Origin: Gemmatales bacterium
GTDB taxonomy: Bacteria; Planctomycetota; Planctomycetia; Gemmatales; HRBIN36
Direction: 5' to 3'
DNA length: 64,000 bases
Assembly (NCBI GenBank): GCA_041640595.1
Contig: JBEPZY010000006.1
Location: 32,001 to 96,000, forward strand
The notes beneath the pieces were generated by a model. It ran no database searches and was not told where the DNA came from. It saw only the letters and a list, made by a program, of their open reading frames with translations. The number at the start of each line of letters is the position of its first letter. Position 1 is the first letter of the stretch. Shown here piece by piece: positions 1 to 8,865 of the stretch. The position numbers and the translations under genes were made by a program.

Positions 1-557
1 CGACCGCGACGAACGACGTGGGCCTGGTGGTCCTCCACCTCCGCTTGCAACTCCTCAGCCATGTAGCCGGTGGAGAAAATGTGAATCAGCGTGGCCACCA
101 ACGTGATCATGACGAACATGGCGACGGTTAAACCATCCACATAAAAGCCCAGTCGAAATGCCGACGCCTGGCCCACTTCGCCGCTACTGGTTTGCGCCCA
201 GACTACGCCTCCCTGCCAGGGCGGTATCGCGGGATCACGCTTCCTGGCTGGAATATGGTCGTGGCTGCGGTCATGGCGATCAGACATGCCTCCCTGAGCC
301 GGCTTGTGTTCGTGCCCATGGCCGTGTTTATCGTGGTGGCTGGCAGAACCGTGCTCGTGGTCATGAGTGAGCAAACCACTGTAAGGCAAATAATAGGCAA
401 AGGCTATCACGCTGAGAACAAAAGCACCTCCGATGGCCGCAGTGGCCACCCAGCCTGCCATTCGACCCCAGTATCGGCCCCCAATGAGCAGGAGCAAAAA
501 CGAAACCAGTGGCAGGAGTGTGGCAGTGACCAGCAGCCAACCGGGATTTTCCATCAT
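1..557 (-). CDS. nuoL: NADH-quinone oxidoreductase subunit L (5' part; runs off the window edge)
   Basis: Manual translation from ATG at 557: MMENPGWLLVTATLLPLVSFLLLL...LGFYVDGLTVAMFVMITLVATLIHIFSTGYM; directly follows nuoK. Absent from the ORF track because it is truncated. Confidence 0.93.
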   Translation of the reverse strand, partial: MMENPGWLLVTATLLPLVSFLLLLIGGRYWGRMAGWVATAAIGGAFVLSVIAFAYYLPYSGLLTHDHEHGSASHHDKHGHGHEHKPAQGGMSDRHDRSHDHIPARKRDPAIPPWQGGVVWAQTSSGEVGQASAFRLGFYVDGLTVAMFVMITLVATLIHIFSTGYMAEELQAEVEDHQAHVVRRG

Positions 558-563
558 AGCCTT

Positions 564-878
564 TTATCCCTTCAGTTCCTCAGCGGTATCCACGTCCACG
601 GTGAGATAGTTGTTGTAAAAGTTCAAGACAATGGCCAGAGCGATGGCCGCTTCGGCAGCTGCGAGCACAATGGTAAAGAGTGCAAAAATCTGGCCTTCCA
701 CCCGGAAAGCCTCGTGGAACCGGGCGAAAGCAGCAAAGTTCACCGTGGCTCCGTTAAGCACCAGTTCGACACCCATCAGCACGCCGATGGCATTGCGTTT
801 GATGGCCATACACACTACACCGCAGACGAATAACACTGCACCAATCAGCAGATAGTGCGTTAGTCCAATGCCAGTCAT
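564..878 (-). CDS. nuoK: NADH-quinone oxidoreductase subunit K
   Basis: 104 aa, three TM helices, RNAIGVLMGVELVLN and LAAAEAAIALAIV motifs. Confidence 0.97.
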   Translation of the reverse strand: MTGIGLTHYLLIGAVLFVCGVVCMAIKRNAIGVLMGVELVLNGATVNFAAFARFHEAFRVEGQIFALFTIVLAAAEAAIALAIVLNFYNNYLTVDVDTAEELKG

Positions 879-985
879 GTGGATATCCTTGCTGAGTTAG
901 GCAATGATTGCTCACCTCGCTGAGCCGCGCTTCGGGCCGATAGGTGTAACAATCCACGCACCGAGGCGGGCGTAATCAAAGCCTT

Positions 986-1642
986 TCATCTTTCGGCTGA
1001 CGCCATGGAAGCCGCGCGTTTTCGCCGTGGCCGAGCCAGATAGGCCGCACCGATCAGCACCACCAGTAAATGCACCGAGACAATTTCAAACGGTAGCAAA
1101 TAAGCCGATGCGCTGCGTTGGACTGATGCTTTTTTGCCTTTTTCAGGACCTGGAGCTTCAGCAGTCGGTTTGGCACTTACGTTGGGCAAAGCAGATCGCG
1201 GCTGCACGGAAACATCGCCGAGCAGCGCCCTCCCCAATTGCTCCGTGTGGTACATCTGCTTCGGGTCGTCGGGCATAGCCGCTTCCGGAAGCTTCGACCA
1301 GTCAGCGAAAAACCAGCTGGCGGCTATCAATCCATATAGCAATAAGCCGACGATAATCGCCATAGCCCATTCGCCTGCTCCCGCCCGCAACTGAATGAAG
1401 GGCCCGGTCGCGGTCAGCATCACGCCGAAAATCACCAGTACCAGCGTCCCGCCAACGTACACAAACAGCTGTGTAGCCCCCAGAAAATCGAGTCCGAGCA
1501 AGAAAAACAATCCAGCCGTTCCCGCGAGCGTAAAGAGCAACCAGATCGCGCAGCGCACGATGTGTTGCGTAATCACCACCATCACCGCACATACAGCGGT
1601 GCCGAGAGCGACAATCCAGAAGAGTATTTCGCTGGCGTTCAT
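986..1642 (-). CDS. nuoJ: NADH-quinone oxidoreductase subunit J
   Basis: QLFVYVGGTLVLVIFGVML and YLLPFEIVSVHLLVVLIGA motifs; start set at MNASEIL (the ORF track extends to 1696). Confidence 0.95.
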   Translation of the reverse strand: MNASEILFWIVALGTAVCAVMVVITQHIVRCAIWLLFTLAGTAGLFFLLGLDFLGATQLFVYVGGTLVLVIFGVMLTATGPFIQLRAGAGEWAMAIIVGLLLYGLIAASWFFADWSKLPEAAMPDDPKQMYHTEQLGRALLGDVSVQPRSALPNVSAKPTAEAPGPEKGKKASVQRSASAYLLPFEIVSVHLLVVLIGAAYLARPRRKRAASMASAER

Positions 1643-1704
1643 GCTTTTATGTCCCGAGCCGAAGCCGATAATCGTCTGATTTGTCCAGCCAGGCATCCAT
1701 AGTG

Positions 1705-2802
1705 TTACCGAGGAGCTGCTGGAAATGCTGGAGGATTGCGGAATGGTAATTTCACCCAGCTAGGAAAGACACTGTGCCATACCAACGGCAGCAGACTGGC
1801 GCCCAGCAACAAAAAGCAGGCGATGGGGAGCAGATATTTCAAACAGGTGGTCATCACCTGGTCAATCCGCAGCCGCGGCAAGGTCCAGCGAACCCACATC
1901 ATCACGAAAACCAGTATCCAGCATTTGGCGATAAAAACCAGCACGCTAAGCACTACGTAAAGCAACCAGGCGTTTTCAAACACCCAATCGCTCAAGCTCG
2001 CGGGTACTACCCCGGTGTGCCAGCCGCCTAAAAACAACGTCGTGGCAATACCGCTTACCGCAAACATTGAGCCATACTCCGCCATGAAGAAAAACGACCA
2101 GCGCAGTCCGCTATATTCAGTATGGAATCCCGCCACCAATTCGCTCTCGGCTTCGGCTAAATCGAAAGGAGCACGCTTGCAGCTAGCTGTGGCACAGGTG
2201 AAATACGTCCAGAACGCCAGAAAAGTGAACGGGTCGTGGAAGACATACCAGTTCCAGAACAGCCCGGCCTGCTGCTGGGAGATAACGTTGAGGTTGAGCG
2301 TGCCGGCCACCAGGACCGGTATAAGCACGCAGATGGCCATCGGCACCTCGTAACTGACCACTTGGGCAGCTTCGCGCATCCCGCCGAACAAAGCCCATTT
2401 ACTCCCCGAGCTGTACCCAGCCAGGATCACGCCGAACACTTCCGTCGCCATCACCGCAAGCATGAAAAAAAGGGCAATGTTCATTTGCAACGCCACCACG
2501 TCCCGACTGAACGGCAACGCCAGGTACGCCAGAAACGAACCGGTAAACGCCAGATACGGCCCCAGTCGGAATAGAAATTGATCAGCGTTGGCCGGTATAA
2601 GGTCTTCCTTCGCCAGCAATTTGATGCCGTCGGCGATGGTTTGCAGCCAGCCGAATTTACCGCCGGCTCGTGTGGGGCCAAGGCGGTCTTGAATTCGACC
2701 CGCGACCTTGCGCTCCAGCCAGATGAAGAATATCGCCGACAGTGCGACGAAAGTGACCAGCACAATCGCCGCTAAGGTCAATATCAGTAGTGTCCAGCCC
2801 AC
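1705..2802 (-). CDS. nuoH: NADH-quinone oxidoreductase subunit H
   Basis: ERKVAGRIQDRLGP, ADGIKLLAKED, RAPFDLAEAESELVAGFHTEYSG, RWTLPRLRIDQ. Confidence 0.98.
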   Translation of the reverse strand: MGWTLLILTLAAIVLVTFVALSAIFFIWLERKVAGRIQDRLGPTRAGGKFGWLQTIADGIKLLAKEDLIPANADQFLFRLGPYLAFTGSFLAYLALPFSRDVVALQMNIALFFMLAVMATEVFGVILAGYSSGSKWALFGGMREAAQVVSYEVPMAICVLIPVLVAGTLNLNVISQQQAGLFWNWYVFHDPFTFLAFWTYFTCATASCKRAPFDLAEAESELVAGFHTEYSGLRWSFFFMAEYGSMFAVSGIATTLFLGGWHTGVVPASLSDWVFENAWLLYVVLSVLVFIAKCWILVFVMMWVRWTLPRLRIDQVMTTCLKYLLPIACFLLLGASLLPLVWHSVFPSWVKLPFRNPPAFPAAPR

Positions 2803-3120
2803 AGCTGAGGTCCCAGATCGCTTTGCCGCAGGGGCAAGCCCTGCCCAGGAAAATGCGTCTTCTGCCGGATATGGGTTTAATCCGGAAAATTAGAGCGTGC
2901 GCCAACGAGTTGCCAGGATTGGCCGTTACTTTATAGGACAACCTTCCCTGTGGCCAGAAGCCTGGAGAAAAATTTGGCCAGGAGCTGAAGCTTGGCCGAC
3001 CTGGATTAGCCTGACACCAATGCGGATACATTGCAGCCGCGCTGGTCCTTGTTTGTGCAAGCAGGAGCGTCAATCCGACGGACGCCACTTACTCGTGCGA
3101 TACCACCGCCCTGGGAGAAG

Positions 3121-4263
3121 ATGATGCACGCCTATGGTGCTGGATTTGGTACGGTGAAATGCCTGAGTCTGTGCACTGCCCTGATGCTGGCCGGTTGCCA
3201 GGGAAGCCCGGGTACCAGCATGGAAAAGCCGACTCCCTCGGCAGGACAAACCGAAACAAAATCTGGCACTCATTCATTCGAGGACAGGACGGCAAGGGCG
3301 AATTCGGACGGAGCCAGCGAGGTAAATTCTGGGCAGGCAAAGTCCGCCAGCTCTGCCAAAGATAAAAAGGCTGCCGAAAAGCCCAAGAAAAAGCCCAAGC
3401 CGGGCGCTTCGTCGGCCGTGAACTGGCTAACCGATTATCCAGCGGCCCGGCAGCTGGCCAGGCAGACAGGCAAGCCGATTTTCGTGGTTTTCCGGTGAGA
3501 GCGGTGAGCGGATTGCACCGCATTTGACGAACAGGTGGTTCGTCCTGCTGACCCCGAACTGATTCACCTGATGCAGCAATTCATCTGCGTTCGCATCCTG
3601 CAGATGAACGGAGTGGATATCGGCCTGTTCCAGTTCGATTTCGACCTGACCTGGGCAGCGTTTTTCCTGAACGCCGATGAGCACATCTACAGCCGCTACG
3701 GTGGCCGCGATGCCGAGGATGCCGAAGGGCGGATGTCCGTGGCGGGGCTGAAATATACCATGCGGCTGGTGCTCGAAGCACATCAGCAAGGGGAAACTGC
3801 ACCAGCCGGACAAAAACGCGAGGTGTTACCTGTCGAAAAAGCGTTTCCTGTCAAAGGCAAAGGGTGCCTGCACTGCCACCAGGTTTACGAAGGCTTACGC
3901 AAAGAAGCGCGGCGTCAGGGAACCTTTCGTTCGGAAATGCTCTGGGTCTATCCCTTGCCGGAAAACATCGGCCTGACACTTGACATAGATGCTGGCAACC
4001 GCATTCAGCGTATCCTTCCCGGTAGCGCTGCCGATCGTGCCGGGCTGCAAGCCGGTGATGTGCTCATCAGGATCGGTACTATTCCGATTCGTTCGCAAGC
4101 CGACTGCATGTACGCTTTACATGTTGCTCCACAGCAAGGCGAACTGCCGTTGCTATATAAGCGCGGCACGCAAACCTGTAAAACAACTCTGCTACTGTCT
4201 TACGGCTGGAAAAAATCCGATTTCTCCTGGCGCCCCTCCATGCGTAAGGAGAAACCGCAATAG
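3121..4263 (+). CDS. Putative selenoprotein: lipoprotein with a thioredoxin-like (Trx7-type) domain carrying UxxUxxC, a CxxCH motif and a PDZ domain; two in-frame UGA at 3496-3498 and 3505-3507
   Basis: ORFs 3031..3498 and 3535..4263 are in the same frame. The junction reads KPIFVVFR-TGA-E-R-TGA-A-D-C-TAFDEQVV. Lipobox LAGC, GCLHCHQ, and PDZ-like ILPGSAADRAGLQAGDVLIRIG. GGAGA lies upstream of ATG 3121. Confidence 0.85.
3526..3544 (+). promoter_or_regulatory. Candidate bacterial SECIS hairpin
   Basis: Perfect 7-bp stem GACGAAC/GTTCGTC with a G-containing loop AGGTG, about 25 and 34 nt downstream of the two UGA codons. Confidence 0.65.
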
Positions 4264-4279
4264 CTTCGCCCGCAAGCTG

Positions 4280-4342
4280 CCCGAACAAGCTCGCCAGCGG
4301 TCCGAACCAGCTCGCCAGCTGTCGGAACGAGGTCGCCAAATT
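4280..4342. repeat. Degenerate 21-bp tandem repeat, 3 copies
   Basis: cccgaacaagctcgccagcgg / tccgaaccagctcgccagctg / tcggaacgaggtcgccaaatt. Confidence 0.65.
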
Positions 4343-4390
4343 ACTGGCGCAAGCGTTTTTCTAGAAAGGAAGTGCCTCGCTTGCAGGGAG

Positions 4391-4498
4391 GTGGCAACTT
4401 CCTCCATGTCCAGACGTCGGTAAGTCTGGCACTTCCCACCACTTTCCACAAACCCAGGTCGAGGCAACAATCCTCTCTATGTCGAGACTTCGGTAAGT
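4391..4498. repeat. Imperfect direct repeat pair, about 73-bp period
   Basis: atgtccagacgtcggtaagt (4406-4425) and atgtcgagacttcggtaagt (4479-4498), 18/20 identical, each preceded by ggcaac..tcctc. Confidence 0.55.
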
Positions 4499-4673
4499 GC
4501 CAGCGCTGTTCTATCTGTCAGGGATTACCAGTTGACGCTAAATATACTACCCGTGTCCAGGCGTAATCGAGATAGAACATACCGCCAAAACTCGGGCGGC
4601 CCTCCGTGTTCACGGCAGCTTCCGTTGCACCACAGCAATGGCTGGAATCTTGCCGATTGCCTGACTCGGATGC

Positions 4674-6512
4674 TCACACCGGTTCGGCAGCACTCGACGG
4701 ACATGTTTCCCGCGCAGGCAGGTAAATGCGAAATGTGCTTCCGCGACCTGGCTGGCTTTCCACTTCGATACGGCCACCAAGCATATTCACATAGCCCTGA
4801 ACAATGGCCAGTCCCAGACCAGCGTGTCCGTCACTTTCCCCACGAGACGTGTCGGCTCGATAGAAGCGCTGGAAAATACGTGCCCGCACTTCCTCGGTCA
4901 TGCCGACACCGGTGTCCTGGACTTCGATGTAAAGCGAACCATTGTTTTGTTCAGCGGAAACCTGGACGGAACCGCCAGGCCGATTGTATTGCACAGCGTT
5001 ATCGAGCAGGTTGATGAGGATGTCGCGGAGCTTAGCCGCATCCGTGTAGCACAGCACCGATGGCACCGATGCACTGAGGGCAACCTGCTGTTGTTTTGCC
5101 AGCGGTTCGACCGTGCGAATGCAGTCCTCCACCAGCGCGGCCAGATCAAACCAGTGCCGACGTACCTGGTCCACTCCCGCGTCCAGTCGCGCCAAAGCAA
5201 GCACACGTTCGGCGAGGTGGCGAAGCTGCCGGCCAATCCGCTGACAGTTCTCCAGAGTGGCACGGTATTCCTCAGCGCTGCGAGGTCGCCGTAAAGACAC
5301 TTCCAGGGTAGTCAGCAAAGCCGCGATAGGCGTGCGAAGATCGTGCGAGATGTCGGCGATGGCCTGCTTTTCTCGCTCGAATGCCTGTTGTAAGGAGCGA
5401 AGAGTTTGCTGCAATTTTTCCACAATCGGCACCAGTTCTCGCGGCACGGGCTGGCCATCCAATGGCAGCGAAAAAGTCTTTTCATTCACCTGACTGACTG
5501 CATCAGCGATTCGGGCCAGCGGTTTTAAGTTGTTCCGAATCAACGCCCAACCTCCGATCCCGGCCCCAGCAAAGGTGGCAAGATTGGTCAACAACAAAAG
5601 CAGCCCGAAAGATCGCAACGCCGAACGGGTGTCGGCTTCGCTTTGCCGCCAGCCTTCATCGCGGCGCTGGGCGAGTCGTTCCAGTTTTTCGGCCAGCGGA
5701 GCCGTACTTCTGGCGACGGAGATAAACAGTTGCGGAGCTGATTGGTCCACAAAGGGAGGCAAGTTTCCGACTGGCGGCTTGCCTGGCGTCGGCGGGCGAA
5801 GAGTGCGTCCGGGAAACTCTGAAGGTCGCCCGCGTCCGGAAGGTCCGCTTCGTTCTGCTGGCCAGCCTCTCCACAGGAAAAACCGCCAGCGGCTTACCGG
5901 CACACGCACCGTGACTCGCCGCATGGGTTCACCTTTGGGGCTTTGAATTTCGTCATAGTACGGCTCCAATAATCGCAACTGCTCCCGCCATGTCGTCGGC
6001 AGTCGCCACGGCTCGGATAGGTTGGGTGAATAGTGCAGCACCTCCCCGTTGGGAAACGTGAACTGATAATAGAGCTCCTCTTCGCCTTCGACAAAAAATT
6101 CCTCAGAAATTTCCAGATTGGGAGCCACCAGCCAGTGCAAACGCAGGGCCAGTGGCGTATAAGCATCCTGTCCGAGCCAAATCGGCACGGTCGCAAAGGC
6201 GTTGGCGTCGAGCACAGCCGTCAAACACCCCAGGGCGAAAAACCGCAACCGCGGCCAACGCCATTGCAATCGGGCAATCCCCGCCAGAGCGTGTGCCTGG
6301 TGAAGCAAACTTTCATCGAAACGCTCTCTTTCCTCCCGTTCCGCGCTTTCATATCGAGCCTGCAACATTTCCCGAATGCCGTTCTGGCGCACTTCCAGCG
6401 AATAACGAGCCAGCGCGTACGCTGACCACGACACCCATCCCAGGACCAGCCCAAGAACCACCAGCAAGCTTAACAGCAAGCGTAATCGTATCGAACGCAT
6501 CGCATCCCTCAT
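4674..6512 (-). CDS. Membrane sensor histidine kinase (HAMP, HisKA, HATPase)
   Basis: N-terminal and pre-HAMP TM segments, ISHDLRTPIA H-box, NLLDNAVQY, DTGVG, GLGLAIV. Confidence 0.96.
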   Translation of the reverse strand: MRDAMRSIRLRLLLSLLVVLGLVLGWVSWSAYALARYSLEVRQNGIREMLQARYESAEREERERFDESLLHQAHALAGIARLQWRWPRLRFFALGCLTAVLDANAFATVPIWLGQDAYTPLALRLHWLVAPNLEISEEFFVEGEEELYYQFTFPNGEVLHYSPNLSEPWRLPTTWREQLRLLEPYYDEIQSPKGEPMRRVTVRVPVSRWRFFLWRGWPAERSGPSGRGRPSEFPGRTLRPPTPGKPPVGNLPPFVDQSAPQLFISVARSTAPLAEKLERLAQRRDEGWRQSEADTRSALRSFGLLLLLTNLATFAGAGIGGWALIRNNLKPLARIADAVSQVNEKTFSLPLDGQPVPRELVPIVEKLQQTLRSLQQAFEREKQAIADISHDLRTPIAALLTTLEVSLRRPRSAEEYRATLENCQRIGRQLRHLAERVLALARLDAGVDQVRRHWFDLAALVEDCIRTVEPLAKQQQVALSASVPSVLCYTDAAKLRDILINLLDNAVQYNRPGGSVQVSAEQNNGSLYIEVQDTGVGMTEEVRARIFQRFYRADTSRGESDGHAGLGLAIVQGYVNMLGGRIEVESQPGRGSTFRIYLPARETCPSSAAEPV

Positions 6513-6635
6513 CGTTCTCCGACACTCTCAATTGCGGTTACCGTCCGTACGATTATCGGCGAGTGCCTGGATGGTCGCGGACCCAGGCACTTCTACGATT
6601 GGGCATTGCCAGTTTGAATCCACGCATTGCTGCCA

Positions 6636-7319
6636 TCATACTTCATCTTCCTCGCTTCGCAGCATGTAACCTTCGCCCCAGCGGGTCAGGATGAGCGGCG
6701 GTTCGAACCCTTTGTCAATCTTTTGCCGCAGATAGCGAATGTACACGTCCACGACATTGGAAGTATTTTCGTCATGTTCGTCGTAGAGATGCTCCCAGAT
6801 CATGGGACGAGTGACCACCCGACCACGGTGGAAGGCGAGAAATTCCAAGAGCGCGTATTCGCGCGGGGTGAGATGAATGACTTTGCCACCCCGTTTGACT
6901 TTTCGAGCGGCGGTGTCAATTTCCAGGTCGTAAATGCGTATGATGGGATTTTTCACCTGATGTTTGCGACGAACCAGCGCACGGATGCGGGCGAGCAGTT
7001 CCTCAAACTGGAACGGCTTGGCCAAGTAATCATCCGCTCCCAAATTCAAGCCGTGTACCTTTTCTTCCGTGCTCCCGCGAGCAGTCAAAACCAGGACATG
7101 GGTAGTCAATCCCCGTTCCCGCCAGCGCTTCAACAGCGTCCATCCGTCCACTTTCGGCAACATGAGATCGAGCACGATGACGTCGTACTCGTTGACCCGC
7201 GCTTTGTAGTCGGCTTCCTCACCATCGTAAGCCACATCTACGGCAAACCGCTCTTCCTCTAAACCTTGCTTGAGCGCTCCCGCTAAGGTTTTATTATCTT
7301 CGACGATGAGAATCCGCAT
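6636..7319 (-). CDS. OmpR/PhoB-family response regulator
   Basis: MRILIVED, LDLMLPKVDG, GADDYLAKPF, SNVVDVYIRYLRQK winged helix. Confidence 0.97.
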   Translation of the reverse strand: MRILIVEDNKTLAGALKQGLEEERFAVDVAYDGEEADYKARVNEYDVIVLDLMLPKVDGWTLLKRWRERGLTTHVLVLTARGSTEEKVHGLNLGADDYLAKPFQFEELLARIRALVRRKHQVKNPIIRIYDLEIDTAARKVKRGGKVIHLTPREYALLEFLAFHRGRVVTRPMIWEHLYDEHDENTSNVVDVYIRYLRQKIDKGFEPPLILTRWGEGYMLRSEEDEV

Positions 7320-7646
7320 GGTCAGCACTCACCGCCTTGGTCCACTGAAACCGACTCTTGGGCATCCCCCAAGGTAGTGTACGCCAGCAATTCTTAAATG
7401 GGTATGAGCAAATCAATCGCACACCGTTACGCTCACCGGGAATTGCTGGCGGGGCGAACAGGGAACACAGCTCGATAGATTTCTCGGCCCACCCTGAAGA
7501 TCCTGTATCTGATTCCGGGACCGATTGCTCTTGCCTACTTTTGTGAGCGCGGTTATGCAACCGGGTCTAGGCGGCGAGGTCAGCGGCTCGTCAAAAGGCA
7601 GGACCGCAAACCTCCCGAGTAGTACGGTGCAAACTCACGCAAGGAG

Positions 7647-8513
7647 ATGGTTATGGGCAGGAAGCCCTGGTGGCTGGCCATGATGGCTGTCAGTGTGGTG
7701 CTGGGTTGCCAAAACAGCAGCGGGTCGCGGCGTGCGAATCCGCCGGCCCCGAACCTGTCCGCCAACCCCAATCCATCCCCCAGCACGAGCGTTCCCCGTA
7801 ACGGCAATGCCTACCCGACTACTTCCGGGTGGAATGACCGCCTGCCTGGCTATACAGCGCAGCCTACCAGCGTCCCGGGCACTTTACCGCCTAATCCAAA
7901 CAATCCGGCTGCTCCAGTTAATCCCGGTATTTATCCGCCAGTCCCTGGCAATCCCAGTTCTTATCCCGCCCCCGGTGGAACTCCTATTCAACGGTCGAAT
8001 TACAATCAGCCGACCGGCTCTGCTCCTGGCGCGAATTTTCCCAGGTCCGACGCTTCCATGTTTCCTAGTTCGGCCTCGAACGCCAGGAGCTTTTCCAGTC
8101 CTGACACAGCAGGCAAATCAGGCACCGAGACGGTTAACGGAAATCGCCCAAGCAGCGGATCGTTTTCCGCCAGCCAGCACGCCGATACTGTTCCTTTACC
8201 GCCACTGCCGGGAACGTCTGGCAACGGAACCTTCTCGCCGGGCATGACGAAACCGAACGGCGACACGCAAATGCCCGATAAATACGTGCGCACAACAATC
8301 CCGATGGTTCCTCCGCCGCCTGCCAGTGCCGGCACAGCTCCCCATGTTGGTGGCGCCGAAAGTCCTGGCTCGCAATCTCCCTCCGGCTCGTCATCTCGCG
8401 CGTCAAATAATCCTTCCGAAAGCCTGGCCGTGCCTCCACCGCCTGTTCCAAACAGCAGCGGCAATGCGGAACCCGTGTTTCCAAGCTCACCACCACCTCC
8501 TCCCGTGCACTGA
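7647..8513 (+). CDS. Pro/Ser-rich, probably disordered lipoprotein
   Basis: AAGGAG RBS, signal peptide with lipobox VLGC, low-complexity P/S/N/G body. Confidence 0.75.
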   Translation: MVMGRKPWWLAMMAVSVVLGCQNSSGSRRANPPAPNLSANPNPSPSTSVPRNGNAYPTTSGWNDRLPGYTAQPTSVPGTLPPNPNNPAAPVNPGIYPPVPGNPSSYPAPGGTPIQRSNYNQPTGSAPGANFPRSDASMFPSSASNARSFSSPDTAGKSGTETVNGNRPSSGSFSASQHADTVPLPPLPGTSGNGTFSPGMTKPNGDTQMPDKYVRTTIPMVPPPPASAGTAPHVGGAESPGSQSPSGSSSRASNNPSESLAVPPPPVPNSSGNAEPVFPSSPPPPPVH

Positions 8514-8865
8514 CCAATCGGGGCAGCCTTGCCAGCGTATTCCAGGATTGCTCCGTTGCAGTTGGGATGTGCCGTCACGCTCAGCCGTTTCCTTCATTCA
8601 GCAGTAACTCCTGGCAATCACAGCGAACCGCACAACTACCCTGGCTGATGCGGAGTTAACTCAGCGTGGCACGGATGGGCAGCACCGAGTTACCAGCACA
8701 GTCGTTGCCATTTCGCATCGCGATACGGCTATTTCGCTGGTTCAAGCTGGCAGCGTGTAGAATAGTTTTTGAGGACGATATCCTGGCTGAACCATAGCAG
8801 CGCACGGCCTTACGCCGTCGTTGTGTCAGATGTAAGTCAGCCAGAAGCAAAACCGGAAACATCCC

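Noticed and set aside
192..833. 213-aa + strand ORF
   Set aside because: Antisense shadow of nuoK/nuoL.
3031..4263. Two separate genes, or a nonsense pseudogene
   Set aside because: Both stops are TGA at CxxCxxC spacing in the Trx active site, a SECIS-like hairpin follows, and the rest of the frame is intact. Two random nonsense mutations at exactly these positions are unlikely.
4391..4565. CRISPR array call
   Set aside because: Only 2-3 degenerate units, no canonical repeat terminus and no cas genes; kept as a low-confidence repeat.
8006..8578. Gly-rich 190-aa - strand ORF
   Set aside because: Mirror of the Pro-rich lipoprotein, which has the RBS and lipobox.
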